A DNA stretch of 64,000 nucleotides from Paraspadella gotoi (GCA_051294375.1 CM119266.1:19913657-19977656), one strand, 5' to 3'. Shown: positions 11,138 to 26,409, counted from the first letter of the stretch. The notes: a model not told the origin generated them from the sequence alone. Translations and numbers: made by a program.

Positions 11138-12826
11138 GGATGATATTGACGGTGATGACGTGGATTTTAAAAATGGACCTCAAACTATCTTTGATTTTTT
11201 TTTTAAATCTATAATTCTATAAAATAAAAATAAGACAATATCTTCAATTGAAAAAAAAAAGATTTTGCCTTTTTGGCTTGAGCCTGTAGGAAGGACAATT
11301 CTTGCTTTCAAAAAAAATAATCCAACTTTTCAATTGCCATTGTTTCAACTTTTTTACAGCGATGGCAAAAAATATTTCTTTGTGGTGAACTTTACTCAAA
11401 TCTTTCCTCCCGCCACCCAAACAACAAATTTGAACATCGTCGTCGTCGTCGTCGTCGTCGTCGTCGGACAGGCGGCAGGAGACGGCGCTGAGCGGCCACG
11501 ATGACTCCGCCCGGCGAAGGACAATTCCTGATTTCAATAAAATCCTCATCTTTCTTTTCGATATCGTCGACCTACCCTCGCAATATCGGTGATTCCGTTT
11601 TTAATTAGTTAATTGTTATGTAGAGGTATATATACATCTTTATGACTATATATCATTAGATATAAAATAAAAATGTATCTATATTTCGAAATGAATCATT
11701 ACAGTAATGCGGAAGTTTAAAAAAGGTACAATCATTTAAATAATCACAATTTAAATAAATCGTAAACTTAGAGAATAAATAAATAAATAAATCGTTATAT
11801 GACAAAAAAAAACTGACGGAATTAAGCATTAAAAGAGATAATGATAAGAATTGCGCAAAAAGAAATTCACCTAATGCTTTCACCTTTTTTTTTGCTGACG
11901 CCGACTTCGAGTCGAAACTTCCAAGTTTTCCTCTTAAATTGAAGAGTTGCCTCTCGGGCGGCGAATTCGATAGACTTAAGACTTAGTCAAACTGAATTTT
12001 TGGGACCCATTATTTTTTTTTTTCCTTCTTTATCAGAATCTATTACTCAAATCTTGGTTTGTGAGACTAAGCTTTAAATTAGAAGTAAAACGCAAATACA
12101 TATAAAAAGATTAGGAGAATATCGCGGTTAATTGTACAGTAGGAATCGTTAGAAACGCTAATTCATTCATAACTCCTATTTCATTTAAAAAAAAAAAGCT
12201 ATTATATTTAAAACTCAGTTAGCTTCTCCCTCGACCCGCGCCAAACCCCGCTCCTCGCTTCCACCCTCGGGGCCAACGTCCTTTTTTCTTCTTTCTTACT
12301 TTTGCTCTTTTCCTCTTTTTTTTTTTTTATCGCGGAAAATCGAGGCGACGTCCCGCGACGCCCCACCAAGTTCCGCCATTTCCCGCCAAGACGAATTAAC
12401 AGTTTGTTTGTTTTTTTTTTTCTTTTTCGAGGACATATAAACATTCAAGGGATAAATTATGCGATTTGGGTTCAACGTTTGAATTGAGATAACGAGAGCG
12501 AAGCATTTTAGAACAACAACGACAAATCACAGTCGGGGGGATGGTAAGAAAGTTTAAGCGTTCAAGTTGTATAGCATTTATAACGTATATTATATGATAT
12601 ATTATAATATGTAATATTATATATAGCCCGACAAATTTTTAATCTTGCGATCTCTAACAAAAAAGAAAACGAAAAGACTGGCAGATCGATAGACTGACGG
12701 ACAGATAAACAAAGCAGTTGTCGACGAAGTAACGTTGCATCGAAAAACCGCGGGACGTCCTTTCAAAAATCAATGATTTCCTTGGAAAGAATAAATTCCT
12801 TTGTCTCCACAATATTAAGAGACTGT

Positions 12827-12857
<31 letters not shown>

Positions 12858-13002
12858 GGAGAGGGAGAGGGAGAGAGACAGAGGGAGAGAGAGAGAGAGA
12901 AAGCATTTCCTAAGAAATTTTTATTCACCCAAAATGCGGTCACTCTGCCTTGTTAAGATGTTTTTAAATTAAAAATTGCGCTGAGATTCTGTGCTTTGCT
13001 TT

Positions 13003-13134
<132 letters not shown>

Positions 13135-14509
13135 AACCCCCTTTTCACATCCCTACTTCACAAGCTTCTCTTTCCTTTTCGCCCAATTATCGCCAGAATT
13201 TTTTATCTGGATTGGGCTCTGTTTGGGCTTTCATTTGCCAGTTTAACCTCTTATGAGCTTCTATGGTTAACGTACTTTTTTCGTGGGCTAATTTTCAAAA
13301 TTTCTATATGTTATTTATTATATTAAATTATTAGACTTTTTATCATTTAAAAAATGAAGAGTACCTTAGTTCTAATTTTTATAATTCGTAAACAAAAAAT
13401 TACGGAATTGATTTCAGTAATAAATATAATATAATAAATGAGCTATCCTCCCCCTCCCTTTCGACAGCATATGGGATACTTTGGAATATAGTTAGTTATA
13501 TATAGATTTGTCATACATTTTTTAATTATTTTTTGTATTTTATTTTTAAATTATTTTCAGTCGTTTCGTTTTCGATTAAGTCAGAATAAAAAACACAATT
13601 TGGTTAAATTCAGCTATTTAAAAATGTTTAAATCAATATTATCAAGTTTCTGGCTTAAAACCTTACAATAAATGAAAACCCTAAGTAATTTTCGGTTCAT
13701 TCATTCATTCATTCATTCATTCTATCGATTAAGATCTCGTTTTGCGTTTCGTTGTTTTGTCCTGTTGGGCGTCATAACAATTTCTATCAATTTGTTTCTC
13801 CAAACGATAGAGAAATTAAAAAGTTATAGAAAGTTGATTCAAACTTGATGTGATTGGTAAGACTAATAGTAGGTAAAAGGAGCTTCTTTCTAGAATTTGG
13901 TAATATTTACTTACTTAACAACATTGTTGGGTTCTTTTCTGTTATATTTAAGTTTTAAATGAAGAAGCCCTTTTGTTTAAAATATCAAGCAAACTACTTC
14001 GTTTTATAATTCGGGATTTCTGGGCGGGCTGAGCTGAGATTGAAGAAACGACTTTTCTTGGGTGACTCAAAAGTCAATGGCGCAGTTAAGGTTAGATGTG
14101 ATAACTGAGAAGTGAAGGGTGATGATAGTCAACGTGAGAAGTTGACTTTCGACACAAACGGCCCGTTTCTTTGAGACTAGATGATCATTAACTTTAGTGG
14201 GGAGATTCGGTTAGGATTCTTGTGGGATAATGGTATTCTCGGTTATCAGAATAGTGGTTAAAGTCATCATCATCATCGTCTCTTTATCATCATCATCATC
14301 ACCGGATTTCGACGAATTACAACGATATTCCCAGGACGATTTTCAGAAATGATATCATCGTCTCGCGATCGTTTTTCACGCCTTTGTGTTCCTCCGCCCG
14401 TTAATCTTCCTCTTCCTCTTCCTTATGCCCTTTGATTAACACGAATACATCCTCCGATGTTCTTTTTTCTAAATCTTGACCCCTATCTTCGTGACCCCGG
14501 CCAAAATCT

Positions 14510-14580
14510 GGTGGGGAGAGATGGGGGGAGATGGGAAGAGATGGGGGGAGATGGGAAGAGATGGGGGGAGATGGGGAGAG
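14510..14580 (+). repeat. G-rich ~10-bp tandem repeat (GAGATGGGGG/GAGATGGGAA), G-quadruplex-capable; copy at ~37686-37778
   Basis: Seven G3+ runs separated by short loops. Confidence 0.8.
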
Positions 14581-16071
14581 TTTTACAGGCCTCGCTAAAT
14601 CGGGGACTAGTCTTCTTCTCTTGTAATTGTTTTTCTTCCGCGTTGCTGTTATTGTTAGTTTTATGTTTTCTTTTAAATCCGAAATTTGTAGCTGAATAAA
14701 TTTGATCGTAACAGTTTCAGAAATTGTATTTTCTTTGCAGTAACACCATTATAAATTTTTTAAATTTTAAAATGAGTTTTTCTTTAAATTAAAAATATTT
14801 AGTTTCGCCGAAAAAAAAACTTTTTCTAAAATAATTCGTATGATATTTTAATGTTAATGCCATTAGGGATAAGACTACTAAGTAGAATTGTACACACTAA
14901 GGAACCTCAGCATAATTATTTTTCTAGCCCCACTACCCAGCCTTAAAATAAGACGGTGGCACGATAAAACCTTTCCCTTTGTCTTTGAGTATAATTTATA
15001 TATAAGTTATACTAAAAATTAGATTTTTCTCTAATCATTAATTATTCATTTTTTGTTGTATATCCGTGGTATTATTATTTTTAAATAATGCGAATCTCAC
15101 CAGTTGGAAAGAAATTCGGCTCTTTAATCTCATTATCAAGGTAAAGGTATATTATATGTACAATAGTGTCGTTTAGAAAAATATGCGCGAAACAGTTTTC
15201 AAACGAATTAAAATTGAATAATAATTGGGTCTTTGTTTTCCGCCACAAGTGCCGCTTTCCTGTTATTATTTCATTTTCTCATAAATTCACTGCAGCATCT
15301 GCCTTTCATTTGACGATTATGACGACGACGACGACGACCACGTCGTCGTGAATATACTTTGTGAGGTTTCACACACTAAAGGGGAAGGAACGCAATTTTT
15401 AGGACAAAAAAAAAAAAAGAAAAACTTTGAGAAATAATGTCGCGACTGCTTTGAACCATTTGACTAATGAGCAAATCGGATTATAATTATATTTTTAGAT
15501 ATTTAATATATTTTTTATATTGACTTTATATTAATTTTATAATAATTTGGCTTAAAATGTTTTAATACTAATATGGAATATAACAGTATTAACTATAATT
15601 AAGGATAGTGGTCGTATGATCAATGAAATTGGTACAATCAATATAACAATTATCCATTCATTTAATAATATAATAATAATATAGTATAATAATAATATAA
15701 TATAATTTAATATAATTTTTCAGGAGATTTTCAACCATAAAAGGGTTTTTAAAACATAACGGCAAATCCATAATTCAAAAGGAGTTTATGTTTTGTAGCA
15801 ACTTTATTGTCAGCTTGCGAACGATAAATCAGAAACTTGAATGAGGACTTTGGGGATCAATGAGCTTTTCGTATAGTTCTTTAATCTTTTGTTTCTGCCG
15901 GGATACGAAGCGAGGTGGATATTTCAGCTTAAAAAATTAAGAAAGATTAGAATAAGATTTAATAAATATATGTAAATTTTTTGTGAATTCGTTATGATGT
16001 ACTTATTTCTCTTTGGAATTGTTACACAATACACATGGGGAAAAGGATTAGCCAAAACAGCGTCCTTCCTT

Positions 16072-16142
<71 letters not shown>

Positions 16143-17740
16143 CTCTCTCCCTCCCGCCCTCTCTTTTCGATGTTTACAGATTTTCCCGAGATTTGGCAAT
16201 ATTAATGTTAACCCCCACAAGAAAAGAATTATAAAATTCCTTTCCTATTCAGCTTCGAGTTTGTCCCTTCGCGTAATGAAAAAAGTTTTTGTTACGTAAA
16301 TTACATTAGTGGCCCATAATTAAGCAGCGAAAGGAAAATAACGGTTCGGTGCGTCGACAAAGACTCAGACTGGAAAACCCCGCCGAATGAAGCCCAACAT
16401 AGAATGCCTCTTTATAGGGGTTTTTGGGGGTTGCGTAATTCAATGTTTCAGATTTTATGAAAAATAAACAAATCAAAGTTACAAGCAACGTTCGACTCGT
16501 GTAAAGAAAAGAATTAAGTCAAAGATTTTTTCCCATGATTTTTGACCACGTTTTGCCTTGAATTCTATTTTAATTTTTACGTAATTTTGAGCGCTTCATT
16601 ATTTTCTCTCCTAGTTCATGAAACGCCATTTTTTTTTAAATTGCGTCTGAAAAAAAGAAGGAAAAATGGATGAACATTGAGCATAAAAAAAAGCGATAGA
16701 TATCCGACTCCAACCTGATTACGCAACCGTCAGACTCTGACTTCTCTTCCTACATTCTCCAATCGTCATCCCACATTTTAGTTTAAAATTTCCAATATTT
16801 CCGTCAAGTTAATATTCAGGTTAAATTTTAATTTAAGAATTAAAGAACAAAAAGTGGCGCTCTCGAAAAAAAAAAGAGCGAGTATGGTGGAGTGAAATCC
16901 AGCAACCGTTTATCAGCAGCTATTGGTGCAGGAGACACACCATTCGCCTCCCGGTCCAGGGTTTTAGCCCGCCTAGCTGTTAAGAGAGACGGAGCGCTGA
17001 ACCCCCCTGTAACATCCTGATCTGAAGCTCTGGGACTGCTTTTATTGGTCGGTGTTATCAATTACTCATAACAAATATTCTGGTCCTATAAGCGAATTAT
17101 TTTGTCTCGTAATTTTAATAACAGCCCCAGCGAAAAAATGGCAATATCATTTTATCATTAAATCATGATTAAGCAATAGTTTCTTTAATGATTTGTTTAA
17201 TGATTTGTTTTCAAACCCTCTGGGCCCGGCGGATCTGCATTTGGGAAAAACCATAGACTACGAGATAGGTTCGGCCGAATACCGAATCCTCATTTCGACT
17301 CAAAAGGACTCACGGAAACCAAATCTCTTGTTTTTCAGTTTCGCCGCTTATTTGTTCAAAGGATAAAAACATAACATCAGTTTATTATCTGAATTTAAAA
17401 AAAAATAATGATAGAAAGAAAAAAAGAAACGAAGAAATAAAAAAGAAAGTTTAAAAGGAAAGAAATTGTTGGCCGGTTACTCAGATCAGTAATGCTACGC
17501 CGCATTCCTATTTTTGTTTTGACAAAAAATCTAGGGAGAAATTCGTCGAATGATGAAATTCCCTCTGGTGGTAAAAAAAGTAAGGCATGACAGACGAAAA
17601 GAAGGGGAGAGAGAATGGGTTGAAGGAAAACGGGTCCGATCAGTGGGGTAGGCAGAAAATGGTTGAGGGCTTTCCAGAAAAAAACAATATGACAATAATT
17701 AAAGAATATAAACTTTATAAAGAGAGAGAGAGAGAGAGAA

Positions 17741-17834
<94 letters not shown>

Positions 17835-20800
17835 TTAAATGGGGGGAAAAGAGAGAAAGAGATAAAATAGACGAGTGTACTGTACATTGTACAATATGGT
17901 TGAAACTCTTTACCTCCAACGTAAACAAATTGGCGGGGCTCTGGAAATTCGAAGAGACCTTGAAAAAGAAAAAAATGTTAGGGGTGTTGACTGTTGAGGC
18001 GATGAGGGTTAATATAAAGAGGTACGTGGTGAAGCAAATAGAAAATCTAACATAAGATTAAGATATCTGTTATCACGTTGGCCCGCAGACAATAAAAATT
18101 AAAGTGTTTCTCTCTCTTTTTCTCTCTTTCTCTCTAATTGTCTCCATTTTCAACTATCGGTGGGGCTTAGATTTAAAAACAAAAATCAACAAAAGCAGAA
18201 TCGTAAAAATTATAAAATAAAAGTACTCCAAAAAGTTATAGAGGCGAAATAATTTTCTTGAAAAAAATTATAGAATTTTAAAAGTATAGCTATACAAAGA
18301 AATAAATGAAAAAGTAAAATTACGTGTTTTCTCTACTCGATTTTTGTTCTCAAGTCGCCGAAAACGGTTCTCGTAGGTCTTTTCCTCTGGAGGAGAAGAA
18401 ACAAAAAAAAAATCTCGAGACCAAAAAACAAAAGGCAGAAACCACAGAATAATCTTTTCCGACGAATGCAACGTTTTTTTCGTTTAGATTTTCAAATCTG
18501 GTTTGACATTTTTCGTTTATTTCTCGCGACTGCGAAGTCAAAACGCACCTGCGCTTCGAATGAAAAGCTTGTATGTAAATACAGGGTTCGGACTTAAAAC
18601 TTACCCCCCCTTAGGAAAAATTATTAATTCCCTCGATAATTTGTACTTATTGATAATATATCGGAAAAATTTGGTTTTATATATTACTTGATTGGTCATT
18701 TTATTTCACGTTTAGCTTATGTCAGCTACTCATTTATGAAGTATACCTTCCTTAGAGATGAGTAGACGATATGAAAGTCTTTACATTCTTGGTACCACGG
18801 TATATTCAATAATGGGTCGAGATTGATGTAATTACGGTTACAAGTACTGTTGAGAGTTACATTTAATTCGCCCCATACTGCAAATCCAAATAAATTTAGT
18901 TACTGTATTATAAGGGGCATAATTGCTTCCCATACTAATGTTTTTCGACATAGCAAAACGAAATACAATTCAACAGATAGAAAAATTTTATAAAACAATT
19001 GTACTTGGGGGAGGATCAATTAGGGGGGTAAGATTCAAGTCCGAACTCTGTAAACTAAATACACGAATGAATAAAAAATTTTAAACATGGATGTCAAATT
19101 TGACACTTGTTGTCAAGACGATAGGAATAAGAATTGCATCGTAAAACTGTTGTCAATAATTCAATATAATAGTAATGAAAAATACAAAAAAATATGATTT
19201 GTCAAACGTTTATTCGCAATTGATAGGAAGTAAATTGCCAGAGTATCTCAAATAACATTTGGTAATCAATTAGATAAAGTAAGTTACCTTTAAAAAAAAA
19301 TCATTGTTCTCTTAATTTTATTCAAGAAAAATTTTAAAAGGGATTGGATTGGAAATGGTTCTGTCGGTGCGTTTTCTTCCGTCTCTCTTGCATGAAGATG
19401 ATGATGATGATCATGATGATGACGCTAGATAACTATTAAACTGGTAATGGTCAGTAAGGAATTAGAAAAAAACAGGAAATGGTAAATTTGACCCCAAAAA
19501 AAAAAAAAAATTGCAGGTTTGTAGCACATGTACAATTTGTACATTTTTCAACTGCGCTTTGCGCTCAGCGCGCGTGGTTGTCTTCAAACGAAGAGGATAA
19601 AACAAAAAATTGATTTGAGGTTGAAAAAAAGGTAAGTTACGTCACAACTCAAATGACTTAATCCTAAAAGTAAAGAGATGAGCATCCTCATTACCTTATA
19701 CTACAAATAACAGCATCAGTATTAGGGGCTCTGAGATCGATACTTTCNNNNNNNNNNGCTGATTATCATAGAATCCCTCTGAGGTTGTTGGAAAAGTTTC
19801 AAATGTTTGAGATTGATTTGAAAAAATATGGAGAAAAAATTCATTAACCGACAAATTTGGTTCTTAAAAAATTATTTATGGTAATTGAACGACTTTTGCT
19901 ATTAAAAAGAAATTGACCTAACTTAATATTTTTTTGATATTTATATTATAAGTAATAGGTGTATGTTTGCTAAATATAAAATCATTAATTTAATCTCTTT
20001 AAAAGTGCGCTAAGCAAATTAAGATCGGAAAATCGATCAAAGAAAAGAATCTTATGATAATTTCTGAAGAATATCGAATTCTCTTTTATTTTTTTTTGAA
20101 TGAAAAACATTTTTAAATTTCTCAAAATGGTGGACGAATGCGGATGAGATTAAATTAGTAACTGATTAGTGAGAAGATATATCATTAGGAACTAAATCTA
20201 GTTGATTGAAATCGGCTGAAATTCGATGAGTTTTTACTATGTTTTTTATATCATACATAGTGACATATTATGAAAATCTTTTTTTTATTTGTTAACAAAC
20301 TAGACAAAGTGCTGATACCATAACAAAGTCAAATAATTTTTCTCTTCCACCCATGTGGGTGAAACAAACCTCTCAAAGACTCACCCAAAATAGAGATTTG
20401 CTTATAACTTGAGAAAGAATAATTTTTGGAAACTGGTATCTTACCTTAGACTTTGTAGCATTATTATGGAAAGACTGAATAGGTATTCATGCCCGTATGT
20501 TCAAGTGGCTTTTATCCGGTTTTATTTTTTTTTTGGATCACTGTGCACCGTCGCAAAGGGAAGGTGCAAGAAGTCAACAAAAAATCCGAGGATAAAAATT
20601 GATTTCGAAAAAGACAAGGCAGGTTTTCAATTCATTAATTTTTTTTTTTCTTATCAGTTTCATAGACCTTCTGGATTGGCCAAGGGCACATGCGTCCTAA
20701 ACGTCCACGGCCTGGATTCCTCACCTCTTCCCAACACCTCGTCGAGATCCCTAAAATCCTAACCCGTCGAGTAAACGAGCAAGTTATCGTCCCTCGTCTT

Positions 20801-20928
20801 CATTTTTCCGAAAGGTTTTTCATTAACGAAACGGTTTACAGTTTATTAAAAGTTCAATGAGACAATCGCAAGAGTAATTTTGAGGATTCAACTCTCGATT
20901 TTTCCGACTCTCCAGCAATCGGCCGCTT

Positions 20929-21136
20929 TCAATCGGTGCAAGCCTTCCATTCTCTTTTTATCTTTCCTCTGTTGTCGTCGTCCTCGTCGCAGTAATCGTC
21001 AATTTTTATCTGCTTCATTTTAACCGCGACTCCGGGTCGGACGAGCTCCAGGTGCTCCCCGGTAAGGTTTTTGCGGACGGCGATTTTGACTCTGTGGTTG
21101 AGAAATTGAGAGAATGTTATGGTTTCTTTCGGACGT

Positions 21137-21172
<36 letters not shown>

Positions 21173-24100
21173 TCACCTGAGCTGATACCGTAAAACATAA
21201 GCTCGGTCGCTCATGAACTCCTGAACGGGTTGGAACTTGATAAAGATGTTCCTTTAAATGAAATTTTATTTAGTTTTTTTCAGAAAACTCATTTTTGGCA
21301 AGATTTGGAATTTAAACGTGAATTGTTTTTTTTTCGTCTCCGCTTGCTATATAAGGAAAATGAAAGATTTAAAATAATTTTTTTTTAATTTATAGAGAAA
21401 TATTTGGAAGTCGATGAAGGACGAAAAGCCTTCTAAATATTGCGTTTCGTCAATAAATTAAATAATATTATTCTAAATCTTTAATTTTCTTTACGGCAAG
21501 CCGAGACCAAAAACAATTTAAATTCAAAATTGAGAGAGAAGACTCGAAAAAGAGTCGAAACATGTCCGTTTCAGAAATTAAACTCGTTGTTTGTAAACAA
21601 CGAGTCATAATGGTCTCCCAGATTCGCTAATCGTTCCCTAATCACTATATACTATAAAATAAAATATAATATCAGAATAAGATCAATTCAGTAACTCGAC
21701 GAAAGGTCCATCGGCCCTAGCCTTTGGCTATTATTTTTTTTTTTTTTTTGGGGGGGGGGGGTGAGGGCACAAATTATTCACCTTTGGATGATTCCCGTAT
21801 CACTGACGCCAGGCAAAGTTTTTAGGAGAGGTTCATAAACAATCGCCATCGAAGTTCTCATGCCTGAAAGGCGAGGATACCAATTCATTTTTTTTTTTAG
21901 TCTCCGTATTTTGACCTACCTCGAAAAAAGAATCTCTAGGAAGTAGGATTGCGACGGCGTCTCTCTATTAAAAGAGCCGACCGAACGACCTCCGCTTCCT
22001 TAGAAATCCTTAAATCCTCATCGAATTTATCCGCAATTATGTCCACATTTATCCACAATTATCCACATTATCCACATTTATGATCGTGACCTGGTGACAG
22101 GAAGAACTTCTTCGGAGGCACCAATCTCACTTGCGCGTAATTTCCGATCATCAGTTCGTCTTGACTCGGAAGAGTCACGATAATTCGAGCTCCATTATCT
22201 GAGTTAGAAAATTAAATATTTACCTTATTGCTTCTTGAGTTAAATTTAAAAAAAAATGCGTATACAGATTCGAATATTTTTTACGCCTCCAGTGCCACTA
22301 GTTTCAATCTCGCCTGTAAAATTGCAAAGTTCCACCGTAACGGATTCCTTCTTTTGTTCGTGAACGTTAATGATAACATGATGAGGATATACTTCAAACC
22401 GCTCACCGCCTAATCGATTATTGTATTATTAATGTATTAATTCATTTAGGCATTTATTCATCAATTTAATACCGTGCGATAAAAGCAATTGCGAGTCCTG
22501 GCTCGGTACAGTGACGAGAGAGGGCAGTCGCTCGGATATATAATACTCGTCTGAAAAAAAAAATTTAGTATTTTTTTTTCAGGCTCATTTTCAACTCTTT
22601 GGTCGGTCGGTCTCTGTCGGGTTATCTGTCTAAAACTATCAATTAAAATTATATTAAAGACTTTTTATGTGCATACATATCATACTTGTGCAATCATATA
22701 ATAATTATAAAATCAGTCATACTTATATACAGAAACTTAATATAGCATAATGTATTAAATATTAAATCCTTTTAGGTGATACTTAGCAGGATAATTAACA
22801 ATTAATTAAACCATGAGATGCTTTTCGAGCATGTATTTTTCACTTATAATGGCACAACGTCACGAACGAGCCAGTTCTTGTTTTGGTTAGTTTTTAATTC
22901 TCACTACTCACTACTACCAGCGATGCCGACTCGCTGGCTAGAATCCCTGAACGAGGGCCGGTTTTTGTAGGAGACTCTCTTCCCCTCTTCATTGAGTCCA
23001 GTGGACATAGACACAAAGGGTTTTCCGCCGCATGCGCCGAATCGACCGAGAGAGTCATTGCGCAGGTGCCCGCCGACGCGAAAGAGTGAACCCGTGGAGG
23101 TGCAATTGATGCGGGAACCTGTACAACTGGGTGATTGAAACATCCTCGACTCCTCCATCATAATGATGCGTTCGTAGCTCTTCGTGTAGTAGTTTTGCGC
23201 CTTAAAAAAAAATGTTGAAATAATCCAATAATAAGAAAATGAGAGAGAGAATCCTTTTTGACAATCGTCCTTGCCTCTTCGATTGCTTTAGCGACCAATT
23301 TCTTGGCGATCTTATCTATCCTTTCCATTCTTTGTTTCATGAGAGATTCTGGACGAAGATGCACCGGTTTCCAGTCAGAGAGAAAGTAGCAGCCAAACTC
23401 GGCGCCAGGTTCGCGGAGCCGGCGCCACTCTTCCAGCGTCGATTGACGCATCCGTTGGATGTTGCGCTGCCATCTAGAGAATAAAAAGGGAAACAGAAGA
23501 TTAAAAAATGGACGAAAGAGAAAAAAAGAGGGGAAAGAAATGAAGTCAACAAGGAACGGTTATTCCAAGGTGTTTCGCCGCATTACTTTTCTTTTTACTT
23601 ATCATGTCATTTATTCCTTATGGTTTATAAGATTTCTTTAAAACCAAAAGGCGGCGCCAGTAGTCGCTGAGATTTGATTTTTAACAAATGAGCTACAAAC
23701 TATAGGCAAGTTATAAGCGTTTTTAACGTAAGTGGGACAGACCGACGGACAGACATACCGACGGATCGACCGACCGACCGAAAAGTGACTTATAGAGTTG
23801 CTAAAAAAAAATAGAGGACGCCGTCGCGAACCTATCTTCGTTCTTGTCGATCTCCCAGGGTTCCCTGTACATTCTCCAGAGATTTTCCGAATCCTGGATG
23901 TGCAGCAAGTCGTCCAGTTGAAAGACTATTCGTTCTAGGGTTTGATCCCAATACGACATCCGCATGTCCGCTGGCTTCGGACAACACATCCAGCAGAAAG
24001 TCCAAGCCTCAGTTTCTGACGCTTGGGTGTAGCAGGTGCAACGGGCTTTTGGTTGACCGAAGCTGTACAGTGGCATTCGTAAATTTTAAAGCACCGCTTT

Positions 24101-26338
24101 TTCATTCTTTTAATTTTTTTGTAATTTGGATATTTTTTTCATATTCCCACCCGGGGCGAAAATTTCCCAGGTGGTCAAGTGGTCGCGGTGGAATGGCCGG
24201 AACTGAAAAAAAAAATAAGGGTTTGAAGATGGCCTGAGTCTGTTGTATGGTTCGTATAATAGTCATCATTTACATCGTTATTCATCCATATAATAAATAT
24301 TTTCATTAGAGTAAAATTATGTAGAGATATGGCTCGTCGTTTCTATGGATTTACCTTTTGTTTACCATTTTTCATTGTTTTCAGAAGCATTTCAGATGGA
24401 ATCAGAACCAGGAATGGAATCGGAACCGCGACTCGGATAAAATTTACCAAGGACCCGCTGATTGGATGAATCATCTTCGGAATCAGCCAATGAGAAGACG
24501 GGCTTCATGCCATCGGGAAACGAGCCCATGTCGATGATCCGATTGTATGCTATAAATACCTTTTCTTCGGAGACTTTACTCATCTTTTTTTTATTTTTTA
24601 CCAGATATATATATAGGCTCATGTAGATACAATGACTTTCGCGCCCATCCAAAAACGACCTTTTACGAGGCGAAGATACTCCTGTCACCACCATGTCACC
24701 CCTTTATGATACCGGTCATGACAAGACCATAGACCCCACCAAAGACCTGCATGGACAGACTGGTGATCCTTTCCTCGGACTCGTGGATGCGTTGTGGACG
24801 GACTTGTGGCCTCCTTTACCGGGCCACACTTGTGGCTGACAATCTCGGCGACCACGGACCAAGGCGCTGACCTTCGGCCCCAAACATCATCTTCAGATAC
24901 GGCGGTGCGGCGTTCGTGGCGCTCGTTCAGCGGCGCCAGACGCTGCCGCGCCCACTTCCGGCGATGTCTTCGAGGGACGAGACGGAGGAACTTCCTAGGT
25001 AACAGCAGGACGGGAGGAGAGCGAATGACAGCACCGGCGAGCGAGGCAAGATCACTGACAGTAAAATGTCGTTTTTGGACGGGCGAGAAAGTCCTAGTAT
25101 TGAGGCGACTACCACCGGTCTTTCTCTCTAACTTTCTCTCTAACTCCAAGTCTACTTGAGCCTATAATATATCTATATATATATCTATATATATATATCT
25201 ATATATATCTGGTCAAGAGAAAAAAAGATATAATAAATAATAATATTAATAAATAACATAATAAGAATAATAAATATTATAATTGTAGCTGCCTAATTGA
25301 ACATAACAACTACAACAACAACAACAACAACGACGACGACAATGAGCGAATATCGTCAATCTCAAACTCACCAATTGACCGTTCCGTGGGCCAACTTATT
25401 TGACCCACACAACTGAACTCTTTTATTATTGTTTTCTCTCACCGTGAATAGTTTTCCTTTGTTTTGTCTCTGTTTTTAACTGTTTGATGATTTTTCGAAT
25501 CATTATATTTCTCTCAAAAGATACATGAAACTTGTCTCAATAATTCCAAATATTTTCGCCAAGTAAGTCTCTTCAATTGGTGAGCCCGACGTGATCACCA
25601 ATTGAAGAGACTTACTTGGCGAAAATATTTGGAATTATTGAAACAAGTTTCATGTATCTTTTGAGAGAAATATAATGATTCGAAAAATCAGTTGTGTGGG
25701 TCAAATAAGTTGGCCCACGGAACGGTCAAGTGGTGAGTTTGAGATTGACGATATTCGCTCATTGTCGTCGTCGTCGTTGTTGTTGTTGTTGTAGTTGTTA
25801 TGTTCAATTAGGCAGCTACATAATAAATATCGCCATATTCATCAATCAATCAAGTTAACAGTTATAATGAATATTGAGTCCATTGTTCTCACAGTTGTTG
25901 ACGAAAAGAAGGAAGGCGTAAGATTTAGGTTTGATGTTTTCCTCTATGAAACGAGCGGCCGTCAATCCGTACAGACGCCTTAAATCTCGGCTCGTTAAAC
26001 CTTGGGGAGGCGAACGGGCGGGATAAGAGAAGGTAGGTTCGTGATTTGAGTCGCGTAAGTCACTTTTGATTAGTTGCAGCCTGAAGCCGAATTCTTTGTC
26101 GAGATCTTCATCGTTGCTCCAAGAGAAGGGTCGCCATTTCTTTGCTTCGACGACGGATCTCTTATAAGTCTTAGGATCGAGAATCACCACAGCTGCAGGA
26201 GAACGAAATCGCAGAGTCATTTAAACTTTAAATTAAAGTGAACGCGACCTCATAGATCCTTTTCATGAATCTGTCCTGAAATGAAGATTATTATTATTTT
26301 TATTATTATTTTTATTATTATTATTATTTTTATTTTTA

Positions 26339-26409
<71 letters not shown>

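Noticed and set aside
11893-12010. Hammerhead-like CTGACG..GAAAC and an Sm-site-like AATTTTTGG after several small hairpins
   Set aside because: The core has C in place of the conserved A and no stem I forms; no recognisable U snRNA or SL RNA 5' sequence.
16930-17015. HDV-like ribozyme on the minus strand (GGCGAATGG end, possible P1 with G-U)
   Set aside because: The candidate L3 lacks the pyrimidines needed for P1.1, and the P2 strands do not pair.
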